A program made the position numbers and the translations under genes. A DNA stretch of 17,690 bases from Macrostomum lignano. Its lineage: Eukaryota. Location: assembly GCA_002269645.1 (NCBI GenBank), contig NIVC01002809.1, positions 1 to 17,690 of the forward strand. Direction: 5' to 3'. Below are positions 1-10,531 of this stretch, one piece after another (the stretch's first letter is position 1; every line of letters starts with the position of its first letter). Under the pieces are notes generated by a model. The model did no database searches. It was not told the origin of the DNA and saw nothing but the letters and a program-made list of their open reading frames with translations.

Positions 1-89
1 CGCTAAATGCAATAATCGCTTTCTCAGGTTGTGCAACAATCCAGTCTCAGCGAGCGCAATATATCTCTTTTTTAGACAGCGCAGTAATC

Positions 90-1108
90 AGCTTCTCAAG
101 TGCAATAATCCTTGGTTTATTAATAGCAATAATCCTTGATTAATCAAGTGCAATAATCCTTGTTATCAAGTGCAATAATCCTTGGTTTATCAAGTGCAGT
201 AATCTTTGGCTTATCAAGTGCAATAATCCTTGGTTTATCAAGTGCAATAATCCTTTGTTTATCAAGTGCAATAATCCTTGGTTTATCAAGTGCAATAGTC
301 CTTTGTTTATCGAGTGCAGTAATCCTTAGTTTCCAAGTGCAGTAATCCTTGGTTTATTAAGAGCAATAATCCTTGGCTTATCGAGTGCAGTAATCCTTGG
401 TTTGCCAAGAGCAATAATCCTTGGTTTATCGAGTGCAGTAATCCTTAGTTTCCAAGTGCAGTAATCCTTGGTTTATTAAGAGCAATAATCCTTGGCTTAT
501 CGAGTGCAGTAGTCCTTGGTTTATTAATAGCAATAATCCTTGAATAATCCAGTGCATTAATCCTTGCTTATCAAGTGCAACATTCTTTACTATCAAGTGC
601 AATAATCCATGGCTTATCAAGCGCTGTAATCCTTGGCTTATCAAGTGCAATAATCCTTGGTTTATCAAGTGCAATAATCCTTGGTTTATCAAGTGCAATA
701 ATCCTTTGTTTATCAAGTGCAATAATCCTTGGTTTATCAAGCGCAGTAATCCTTGGCTTATCAAGTGCAGTAATCCTTGGTTTATCAAGTGCAATAATCC
801 TTGTTTATCAAGCGCAGTAATCTTTGGCCTATCAAGTGCAATAATCCTTGGTTTATCAAGTGCAGTAATCCTTGGCCTATCAAGTGCAATAATCCTTGGT
901 TTATCAAGTGCAATAGTCCTTGGTTTATCGAGTGCAGTAATCCTTGGTTTACCAAGTGCAATAATCCTTGTTTATTAATAGCAATAATCCTTGGCTTCTT
1001 GAGTGCAGTAATCCTTGGTTTGCCAAGAGCAATAGTCCTTGTTTATCAAGTGCAGTAGTCCTTGGTTTATTAATAGCAATAATCCTTGGCTTATCGAGTG
1101 CAGTAATC
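90..1108. repeat. Minisatellite A, 24-bp unit (CCTTGGTTTATCAAGTGCAATAAT and variants); degenerate copies continue to position 1
   Basis: Direct 24-bp periodicity, matching the 8-aa repeats (LSSAIILG) in the ORF track. Confidence 0.95.
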
Positions 1109-1169
1109 TAAGTGTTTTTATTTAGTCCTTTAATAAAACCTTTTAATAAAAAATTTTACACTACTACTT

Positions 1170-1241
1170 TTAAACTACTTAGATTCGAACCTAGGTCGCT
1201 GCATTAGCAGTCTGGTCTGTTCAGCTCTAGGCTAGCTCTCA
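1170..1241 (-). pseudogene. Degenerate tRNA-derived (Pol III A/B-box) cassette
   Basis: Minus strand reads TAGCCTAG...CCAGA CTGCTAA TGCAG CGAC CTAGG TTCGAAT CTAAG. B box GGTTCGAATC at 1182-1191 with tRNA-like spacing; D and anticodon stems do not pair. A T6 run follows at 1148-1153. Confidence 0.65.
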
Positions 1242-1497
1242 TCGAAGTTATCAGTGATGTTGTACCACTTATATAATTCAACACTCACACCAAGTCAGGT
1301 AGAGTAAAAAGTCTCACGAAGCAGTTATGACATAATCAATTTCTTAGGCAAGTCAGTACCAGTGTCTATGAAAGTTTACAATATGGTTACGTAATATAAA
1401 TTCAGTACTGCGCTATGCTTTCACACTCAAAGCTGTGACGCAATTCAATTGAGTGTCAAATTCAGCCAGTACACAGACGATAAATAAAGTGTATTGT

Positions 1498-1775
1498 GAT
1501 GCAATCTATTTTAGAATCAGAATTCAACCAGTCAGTTTTTCTGCTAGCATTCTTACAATGCATTTCGATGCTTGACCTTTGCAAAAAAGCATGTTTTTCG
1601 AATATTTAATCCCTTTAGCATCGAGAAATTTCTTAGCCACGATGCATGTACCGTCACGGAAAAATTTCTGATCGAATGGTGCAAGTTCGAAGAAAATCGG
1701 TTGAGCCATTTTTGCTAAAATCGATCACACACACACACACACACACATACCGACAGACCATTTTTAGTATATGGA
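1498..1775 (-). other. Conserved Helitron 5' core of about 280 bp (other copies 6896-7175, 9972-10247, 13041-13316, 16579-16862)
   Basis: Five homologous copies, each running from GATGCAATC to the TC terminus. Confidence 0.85.
1726..1747. repeat. (CA)11 microsatellite in the 5' end of unit 0
   Basis: Read directly from the sequence. Confidence 0.95.
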
Positions 1776-1804
1776 CTAGCTAAAGTTTTGCCCCCTTCGG
1801 GAGC
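1776..1804 (-). other. Helitron 3' terminus (hairpin plus CTAG) fused to TC of the next unit
   Basis: The plus strand reads GGA|CTAG-CTAAAGTTTT-GCCCCCTTCGGGAGC. Confidence 0.75.
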
Positions 1805-2353
1805 AGAAATAATTAATATTCGTCTAATATAATATACCTTTTAGCAGGAGTACTTTAAGTGTTTTTCTTAAGCTTAAGCTTAAAATAGGAATTTTTGGAG
1901 ATCGTTAATAACGCATTTTAGGTAAAACAAAACTATCAACTTTTTACAGTTTTTAGTTTAGAGCCCTGTATATGTCAACGTGTTTGATAAAAATTATTTT
2001 TATCATTTTTGATAAAAAATGGCCTTCGGGGTGGCCAATAAGCAAGGGACGAATCCTTTTAAATGAAAAAAAATTCTTAGGGAGGGGGGCTAGGAATCGA
2101 ATTCTCATTTTAATTCCAGGCTTATGTACCAATAAAACATGTTTGTGCAGAATTTTATAACAGACATTGAAATTCAACCATACTTGCCTTCTTTCAGAGC
2201 TACTTCTACCAGTATGCTTCAGTACGCTACCAGTACCCTTGTAAGCCTTGACATGTCAGCAATCCCCCCCACAAGCCTTAACATATCAACTCCCCCTTGA
2301 CATCTCAGCAATGCTCCCACAAGCCTTGAAATCTTAAAAAATCTGTCTATTTT

Positions 2354-2387
2354 CTAACCCTAACCCTAACCCTAACCCTAACCCTAA
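2354..2387 (-). repeat. Interstitial telomeric tract (TTAGGG), about 5.5 units
   Basis: CTAACC x5 plus CTAA on the plus strand. Confidence 0.9.
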
Positions 2388-2666
2388 AGCATTGAAATTT
2401 CAGTAATTCTCTCTAAGAGTCTATAGCACTACTACAGCATTATAGCGATTCCCTGCAAGCCTCGACATCGTAGGGATTCCCAAATGAATCTCTTAACTTT
2501 GACATGAAGCTTCTTTTTTTTTTACATTACGCTTTTTCTATCAGCGATCCCTCCCGTGAGGAGCCAACAAATAATGTAATAACTTTTTTCCAATAAACTA
2601 CATGTAGCTTCTGACATTAGCCTTGACATCTCATTTATTCCCCCGTGAGCCTTGACATCTCAGCTA

Positions 2667-2682
2667 TAGATAGATAGATAGA
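2667..2682. repeat. (TAGA)4 microsatellite, absent from the homologous site in units 2 and 3
   Basis: CAGCTATAGATAGATAGATAGATTCC here versus CAGCTATTCC at about 7736. Confidence 0.8.
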
Positions 2683-3334
2683 TTCCCCTCGTAAGCCTTG
2701 ACATGTCAGCGATGCCCCCCATAAACCTTGAAATCTAAAAAATCCCCTGTTAACCTTGAAACGCGCTAAAATCTAACCCTCAACCCAAACCTGACGTAAA
2801 CCTAACTTTCACCCAACCTAAAGCCTTGAAATCACAGCAATTCTTCTTCCCTAAGCCTTGGCATTTAAGTGATTCCTTCTTTAAGAATCACAGCACTATA
2901 ACGATTCCCTCCAAGCTTTGACATCGTAGCAATTCCCAAATGAATCTTTTAACTTTGACATGACTTTTATTTTATGTATACATAGTGCTCCTTTTATTTT
3001 TACATGACTCTTCTTCTATCAGCGCCCCCCCCCCCCGTGGCAAGCCAACAAAGAATGCAATAAAAAACTTAAGTAAAGTACATGTACTTTGAAGTAGCTT
3101 CTGACTTTTGCTTTAACATCTCAGAAACCCCCCTGTAATCTCAGTTATTCTCTGTGAGCCTTGACGTCTCAGTAATTCTCCCCAGCACAGCACTGTACTA
3201 TAGCTTCATTTAATTTTTATATGACATTTCTTTCATGTCTGACATGACGCTTCTTTTGATTTTTACGTTACGCTTCTTTTATTCTTCCATGATGCTTCTT
3301 AATTTTTTAAATGACACACTTTCATTAGTTTTTA

Positions 3335-4255
3335 TATGAGGCTTCTATAATTTTTTCATGACGCTTCTATGCTTGTTTACATGACGCTTGTATGATTTTT
3401 ACATGACGCTTCTATGATTGTTTACATGACGCTTGTATGATTGTTTACATGACGCTTCTATGATTTTTTACATGACGCTTTTATGATTTTTACATGACGC
3501 TTCTATGATTTTTTACATGACGCTTCTATGATTTTTACATGACGCTTCTATGATTTTTACATGACGCTTCTATGATTTTTACATGACGCTTCTATGATTT
3601 TTACATGACGCTTCTATGATTTTTTACATGACGCTTCTATGATTGTTTACATGACGCTTCTATGATTGTATACATGACGCTTCTATGATTGTTTACATGA
3701 CGCTTTTATGATTGTTTACATGACGCTTCTATGATTTTTACATGACGCTTCTATGATTTTTACATGACGCTTCTATGATTGTTTACATGACGCTTCTATG
3801 ATTGTTTACATGACGCTTCTATGATTTTAACATGACGCTTCTATGATTTTTTTACATGACGCTTCTATGATTGTTTACATGACGCTTGTATGATTGTTTA
3901 CATGACGCTTGTATGATTTTAACATGACGCTTCTATGATTGTTTACATTACGCTTCTATGATTGCTTGCATGACGCTTCTATGATTTTTTATGACGCTTT
4001 TATGATTTTAACATGACGCTTCTATGATTTTTTTACATGACGCTTCTATGATTGTTTACATGACGCTTGTATGATTGTTTACATGACGCTTTTATGATTT
4101 TAACATGACGCTTCTATGATTGTTTACATTACGCTTCTATGATTTTTACATGACGCTTCTATGATTTTTACATGACGCTTCTATGATTGTTTACATGACG
4201 CTTCTATGATTGTTTACATGACGCTTGTATGATTGTTTACATGACGCTTCCATAA
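3335..4255. repeat. Minisatellite B, 22-24 bp (CATGACGCTTCTATGATTGTTTA), about 40 copies
   Basis: Direct periodicity. Confidence 0.95.
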
Positions 4256-4296
4256 TTTTTTTGTCTTGGCGTTAAAAGGCTTTAATTAAAAAAACT

Positions 4297-4369
4297 CTAC
4301 TCTCTAAAAATTCGAACCATCGTCCCTGCATTTAGCAGTTTAGTCTGTTTACCTCTAGGCTAGCTCTCA
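4297..4369 (-). pseudogene. Degenerate tRNA-derived cassette, with its upstream region truncated
   Basis: B box GGTTCGAATT at 4309-4318 and TAGCCTAG at 4355-4362. Homologous to 9692-9764. Confidence 0.6.
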
Positions 4370-4394
4370 TGAATTTTAGTCATTACCCCTAAAT

Positions 4395-4620
4395 AGAAAA
4401 TATTCCCAAGACAGCAAGCATCCCCCCAGTAGCAAGCATCCCCTAATACTCCTAGCAAGCATCCACCCAGATAGCAAGCATCTGCAGATAGCAAGCATCT
4501 TGCAGATAGCAAGCATCTTGCAGATAGCAAGCATACCCCAAATAATGTAGAAGCATCCTTCCAGATAGCAAGCATCCTGCACATAGCAAGAATCCCTAAA
4601 TAGCAAGCATCCCTGGATAG
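4395..4620. repeat. Minisatellite C, 16-18 bp (GATAGCAAGCATCCnnnn), degenerate short array
   Basis: Repeated TAGCAAGCATCC. It begins with ATTCCCAAGACAGCAAGC, like the arrays at 13455 and 17001. Confidence 0.9.
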
Positions 4621-4645
4621 AAATAATCCTATACATGTAGCCAAG

Positions 4646-6502
4646 CTTATCAAGCGCAGTAATCCTTGGCTATCGAGTGCAGTAATCCTTGGTTTATTAA
4701 TAGCAATAATCCATGGCTTATCGAGTGCAGTAATCCTTGGTTTATTAATAGCAATAATCCTTGGCTTATCGAGTGCAGTAATTCATGGTTTATTAATAGC
4801 AATAATCCTTGGCTTATCGAGTGCAGTAATCCTTGGTTTATTAATAGCAATAATCCATGCCTTATCGAGTGCAGTAATCCTTGGTTTATTAATAGCAATA
4901 ATCCTTGGCTTATCGAGTGCAGTAATCCTTGGTTTATTAATAGCAATAATCCATGGCTTATCGAGTGCAGTAATCCTTGGTTTGCCAAGAGCAATAGTCC
5001 TTGGCTTATCGAGTGCAGTAATCCTTGGTTTGCCAAGAGCAATAGTCCTTGGTTTATTGAGTGCAGTAATCCTTGGTTTATTAATAGCAATAGTCCTTGG
5101 TTTATTGAGTGCAGTAATCCTTGGTTTATTAATAGCAATAATCCTTGGCTTATCGAGTGCAGTAATCCTTGGTTTGCCAAGTGCATAATCCTTGGTTTAT
5201 CGAGTGCAGTAATCCTTGGTTTATTAATAGCAATAATCCTTGGCTTATCGAGTGCAGTAATCCTTGGTTTATTAATAGCAATAATCCATGGCTTATCGAG
5301 TGCAGTAATCCTTGGTTTGCCAAGAGCAATAGTCCTTGGTTTATTGAGTGCAGTAATCCTTGGTTTATTAATAGCAATAGTCCTTGGTTTATTGAGTGCA
5401 GTAATCCTTGGTTTATTAATAGCAATAATCCTTGGCTTATCGAGTGCAGTAATCCTTGGTTTGCCAAGTGCATAATCCTTGGTTTATTAATAGCAATAAT
5501 CCTTGGCTTATCGAGTGCAGTAATCCTTGGTTTATTAATAGCAATAATCCTTGGTTTATCGAGTGCATAATCCTTGGTTTATTAATAGCAATAATCCTTG
5601 GCTTATCGAGTGCAGTAATCCTTGGTTTATTAATAGCAATAATCCTTGGCTTATCGAGTGCAGTAATCCTTGGTTTGCCAAGAGCAATAGTCCTTGGTTT
5701 TTGAGTGCAGTAATCCTTGGTTTATTAATAGCAATAGTCCTTGGTTTATTGAGTGCAGTAATGCTTGGTTTATTAATAGCAATAATCCTTGGCTTATCGA
5801 TTGCAGTAATCCTTGGTTTGCCAAGTGCATAATCCTTGGTTTATTAATAGCAATAATCCTTGGTTTATCGAGTGCAGTAATCCTTAGTTTATTAATAGCA
5901 ATAATCCTTGGCTTATCGAGTGCAGTAATCCTTGGTTTATTAATAGCAATAATCCATGGCTTATCGAGTGCAGTAATCCTTGGTTTGCCAAGAGCAATAG
6001 TCCTTGGCTTATCGAGTGCAGTAATCCTTGGTTTGCCAAGAGCAATAGTCCTTGGTTTATTGAGTGCAGTAATCCTTGGTTTATTAATAGCAATAGTCCT
6101 TGGCTTATCGAGTGCAGTAATCCTTGGTTTATTAATAGCAATAATCCTTGGTTATCGAGTGCAGTAATCCTTGGTTTATTAATAGCAATAATCCTTGGCT
6201 TATCGAGTGCAGTAATCCTTGGTTTATTAATAGCAATAATCCATGGCTTATGAGTGCAGTAATCCTTGGTTTATTAATAGCAATAATCCTTGGCTTATCG
6301 AGTGCAGTAATCATGGTTTATTAATAGCAATAATCCTTGGCTTATCGAGTGCAGTAATCCTTGGTTTATTAATAGCAATAATCCATGGCTTATCGAGTGC
6401 AGTAATCCTTGGTTTGCCAAGAGCAATAATCCTTGGCTTATCGAGTGCAGTATTCCTTGGTTTGCCAAGAGCAATAATCCTTGCTTATCGAGTGCAGTAA
6501 TC
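4646..6502. repeat. Minisatellite A array, mostly 48-bp dimers of two 24-bp variants (..TTAATAGCAATAAT / ..ATCGAGTGCAGTAAT)
   Basis: Direct periodicity. The right boundary (GCAGTAATCTAAGTG) is identical to that at 1108. Confidence 0.95.
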
Positions 6503-6563
6503 TAAGTGTTTTTATTTAGTCCTTTAATAAAAGCTTTTAATAAAAAATTTTACACTACTACTT

Positions 6564-6635
6564 TTAAACTACTTAGATTCGAACCCAGGTCGCTGCATTA
6601 GCAGTCTGGTCTGCTCAGCTCTAGGCTAGCTCTCA
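6564..6635 (-). pseudogene. Degenerate tRNA-derived cassette
   Basis: B box GGTTCGAATC at 6576-6585. Near-identical to 1170-1241. Confidence 0.65.
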
Positions 6636-7398
6636 TCGAAGTTATCAGTGAATTTGTACCACTTATATAATTAATTCAACACTCACACCAAGTCAGGTAG
6701 AGTAAAAAGTCACGCGAAGCAGTTATGACATAATCAATTTCTTAGGCAAGTCAGTACCAGTGTCTATGAAAGTTAACAATATGGTTACGTAATATAAATT
6801 CAGTACTGCACTATACTTTCACCCTCAAAGCTGTGACGCAATTCAATTGAGTGTCAAATTCAGCCAGTACACAGACGATAAATAAAGTGTATTGTGATGC
6901 AATCTATTTCAGAATCAGAATTCAACCAGTCAGATTTTTCTCTAGCATTCTTACAATGCATTTCAGGTCGAAAGAGCTGCTTGACCTTTGCAAAAAATCA
7001 TGTTTTTCGAATATTTAATGCCTTTAACATTGAGCAATTTCTTAGCCAATATGCATGTACCGTCCCGGGAAAATTTCTGATCGAATGGTGCAAGTTTGAA
7101 GAAAATCGGTTGAGCCGTTCGGGAGAAAATCAATTACAAGCAAGCAACCAAGCATTTCATTTTTAGTATATTAGACTAGCAATCTACGCCCCCCGTTGGG
7201 GAGCCAAAGAAATGCAATACACGTTTTTTTAATAAACTACATGTATCCTTGAAATCTTAAAAAATCTCCTGTCAAACCTTGTAAGCCTTGACATGTCAGT
7301 AATTCCCCCCCACAAGCTTTAACATATCAACTTCCCCCCTTGACATCTCAGCAATGCCCCCAATAAGCCTTGGAAATCTAAAAATATCTGTCAACCTT

Positions 7399-7460
7399 CT
7401 AACCCTAACCCTAGCCTAACCCTAACCCTAACCCTAACCCTAACCCTAACCTAACCCTAA
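7399..7460 (-). repeat. Interstitial telomeric tract (TTAGGG), about 10 units with two variant units
   Basis: CCCTAA repeats with one CCTAG and one 5-nt CCTAA unit. Confidence 0.92.
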
Positions 7461-8364
7461 AGCATTGAAATTTCAGTAATTCTCTCTAAGAGTCATTATA
7501 GCACTACTACAGCATTATAGCGATTCCCTGCAAGCCTCGACATCGTAGGATTCCCAAATGAATCTCTTAACTTCGACATGAAGCTTCTTTTATTTTTTAC
7601 ATTACGCTTTTTTTATCAGCGATCCCTCCCCTGAGGAGGCATCAAATAATGTAATAAAAAGTTTTCAATAAACTACATGTAGCTTCTGACTTTAGCCTTG
7701 AAATCTCATTTATACCCCCGTGAGCCTTGACATCTCAGCTATTCCCCCCGTAAGCCTTAACATGTCAGCGATGGCCCCCATAAACCTTGAAATCTAAAAA
7801 ATCCCCTGTTATTCTGTTAACCTTGAAACCGATAAAATATAACCCTCAACCCACACCTGACCTAAACCTAACTTTAACCCAACCTAAAGCCTTGAAATCT
7901 CAGCAATTCTTCTCCCCTAAGCCTTGACATTTTAGTGATTCCTTCTTTAAGAATCACAGCACTATAACGATTTCCACCAAGCTTTGACATCGTAGCAATT
8001 CCCAAATGAATCTTTTAACTTCGACATGACTTTTCTTTTATGTATACGTAGTGCTACTTTTATTTTTTACATGACTCTTCTTCTATCAGCGCCCCCCCGT
8101 GGCGAGCCAACAAAGAATGCAATAAAAAATTGAGTAAAGTACATGAACTTTGAAGTAGCTTCTGACTTTTGCTTTGACATCTCAGAACCCCCCCCCGTAA
8201 TCTCAGTTATTCTCTGAGAGCCTTTACGTCTCAGTTTTTCTCCCCAGCACAGCATTATAGCTGCATTTAATTTTTACATGACACCCTTCATGTCTGACAT
8301 GACGCTTCTTTTATTCTACCATGATGCTTCTTAATTTTTTAAATGACACTTTCATTAGTTTTTA

Positions 8365-9636
8365 AATGAGGCTTCTATGATTTTTTCATGACGCTTCTAT
8401 GATTTTTACATGACGCTTCTATGATTTTTATATGACGCTTCTATGATTGTTTATATGACGCTTCTATGATTTTTACATGACGCTTCTATGATTTTTTACA
8501 TGACGCTTCTATGATTGTTTACATGACGCTTCTATGATTGTTTACATGACGCTTCTATGATTGTTTACATGACGCTTCTATGATTTTTTACATGACGCTT
8601 CTATGATTTTTCATGACGCTTCTATGATTTTGCAGACGCTTCTATGATTTTTACATGACGCTTTATGATTTTTACATGACGCTTCTATGATTGTTTACAT
8701 GACGCTTCTATGATTGTTTATACGACGCTTCTATGATTTTTACATGACGCTTCTATGATTTTTACATGACGCTTCTATGATTGTTTACATGACGCTTCTA
8801 TGATTGTTTCATGACGCTTCTATGATTGTTTACATGACGCTTCTATGATTGTTTACATGACGCTTCTATGATTGTTTACATGACGCTTCTATGATTGTTT
8901 ATACGACGCTTCTATGATTTTTACATGACGCTTCTATGATTTTTACATGACGCTTCTATGATTTTTTACATGACGCTTCTATGATTGTTTCATGACGCTT
9001 CTATGATTGTTTACATGACGCTTCTATGATTTTTTACATGACGCTTCTATGATTGTTTACATGACGCTTCTATGATTGTTTATACGACGCTTCTATGATT
9101 TTTACATGACGCTTCTATGATTTTTACATGACGCTTCTATGATTTTTTACATGACGCTTCTATGATTGTTTCATGACGCTTCTATGATTTTTACATGACG
9201 CTTCTATGATTGTTTACATGACGCTTCTATGATTTTTTACATGACGCTTCTATGATTGTTTACATGACGCTTCTATGATTGTTTAATGACGCTTCTATGA
9301 TTGTTTACATGACGCTTCTATGATTTTTTACATGACGCTTCTATGATTGTTTACATGACGCTTCTATGATTGTTTACATGACGCTTCTATGATTTTTATA
9401 TGACGCTTCTATGATTGTTTACATGACGCTTCTATGATTGTTTACATGACGCTTCTATGATTGTTTAATGACGCTTCTATGATTGTTTACATGACGCTTC
9501 TATGATTGTTTACATGACGCTTCTATGATTGTTTACATGACGCTTCTATGATTTTTTACATGACGCTTCTATGATTGTTTACATGACGCTTCTATGATTT
9601 TTTACATGACGCTTCTATGATTTTTACATGACGATT
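8365..9636. repeat. Minisatellite B, about 55 copies
   Basis: Direct 22-24 bp periodicity. Confidence 0.95.
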
Positions 9637-9691
9637 CTTTTTAAAAAGTCTTTTAGTTTTCCTGACGTTGAAAAGCTTTAATTAAAAAATT

Positions 9692-9764
9692 ATACTCTAT
9701 GAAAATTCGAACCATCGTCGCTGCATTTAACAGTTCAGTTTGTTCACCTCTAGGCTAGCTCTCA
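9692..9764 (-). pseudogene. Degenerate tRNA-derived cassette
   Basis: B box at 9704-9713 and TAGCCTAG at 9750-9757. Confidence 0.6.
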
Positions 9765-10469
9765 TCGTTTTGATAACATCAAATTTTGCACTTATATAAT
9801 TCAACACTTTAAAATCCAAGCATAGAGTAAATCACACGAAGCAGTTATGACATAATCAGTTTCTCAGTCAGTCAGTATCAGTTAACAATATGGTTACGCA
9901 ATCTAAATCAAGTCTGGTGCTACGCTTCCACACTGCATTTTCAATTCAAGTCGGAGTTACAATTCAGTTATGATGCAATCTATTTCAGAATCAGAATTCA
10001 ACCAGTCAGTTTTTTCTCTAGCATTCTTACAATGCATTTCAAGTCGAAAAGTTTGCTTGACCTTTGCAAAAAAGCATGTTTTTCGAATATTTAATGCCTT
10101 TAGCATCAAGAAATTTCTTAGCCACGATGCATGTACAGTCACGGGAAAATTTCTGATCGAACAGTGCAAGTTCGAACAAAATCGGTACAGCCATTTTTTC
10201 TCTAATCGATCACATAGACACAGACAGACCATTTTTAGTATATAGGATAGCAATCTACGCCCCCCGTTGGGGAGCCAAAGAAATGCAATACACGTTTTTT
10301 TAATAAACTACATGTATCCTTGAAATCTTGAAAAATCTCCTGTCAAACCTTGTAAGCCTTGAATGTCAGTAATTCCCCCCCCACAAGCTTTAACATATCA
10401 ACTTCCCCCCTTGACATCTCAGCAATGCCCCAAATAAGCCTTGGAAATCTAAAAATATCTGTCAACCTT

Positions 10470-10531
10470 CTAACCCTAACCCTAGCCTAACCCTAACCCT
10501 AACCCTAACCCTAACCCTAACCTAACCCTAA
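10470..10531 (-). repeat. Interstitial telomeric tract (TTAGGG), about 10 units
   Basis: Same variant pattern as 7399-7460. Confidence 0.92.

Larger units (their letters stand above)
1..1775 (-). mobile_element. Non-autonomous Helitron-like unit 0 (5' part; 3' end lies outside the window)
   Basis: The minus strand starts at 1775 with TCCATATACTAAAAATGG, then a (TG)n microsatellite and AAAAATGGCTCAACCGATTTT, typical of the 5' end of animal non-autonomous Helitrons. The conserved core, tRNA-like cassette and 24-bp minisatellite follow. Confidence 0.72.
2235..3330. repeat. Degenerate repeat region of about 26-30 bp AAGCCTTGACATCTCAGCAATTCCCC-like units with an old internal duplication of about 430-470 bp (homologous regions about 7245-8365 and 10315-11435)
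   Basis: CCTTGACAT/CCTTGAAAT motifs recur. Segment 2386-2610 is similar to 2820-3110. Confidence 0.8.
1776..7175 (-). mobile_element. Non-autonomous Helitron-like unit 1 (5.4 kb, composite of two unit types)
   Basis: 5' TCTAATATACTAAAAATG at 7175. 3' hairpin GCCCCCTTCGGGAGC (1790-1804), 10-nt spacer and CTAG (1776-1779). Contains two tRNA-like cassettes and three minisatellite families. Confidence 0.75.
7176..10247 (-). mobile_element. Non-autonomous Helitron-like unit 2 (about 3.07 kb, telomere-tract/23-bp satellite B type)
   Basis: 5' TCCTATATACTAAAAATGG at 10247. 3' hairpin GCCCCCCGTTGGGGAGC (7188-7204), 8-nt spacer and CTAG (7176-7179). Confidence 0.78.

Noticed and set aside
1760-1810. 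Helentron/DINE-1 type or TIR (MITE) interpretation of the termini
   Set aside because: No subterminal or terminal inverted repeats or TSDs were seen. The TC start and hairpin-CTAG end fit canonical Helitrons better.
1867-1883. (CTTAAG)n palindromic run
   Set aside because: It is under three units long in AT-rich DNA, occurs once, and is plausibly slippage.
160-6500. Long ORFs on both strands with 8-aa repeats (LSSAIILG, IECSNPWF, LINQGLLH), including 4666-5475 (269 aa)
   Set aside because: These are by-products of a stop-free 24-bp minisatellite. They are open in several frames on both strands, broken by 1-bp indels, and have no non-repetitive domain.
2354-10531. True chromosome end or telomere fusion
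   Set aside because: The tracts are only 34-62 bp, all in one orientation, and embedded at homologous positions within repeated units.
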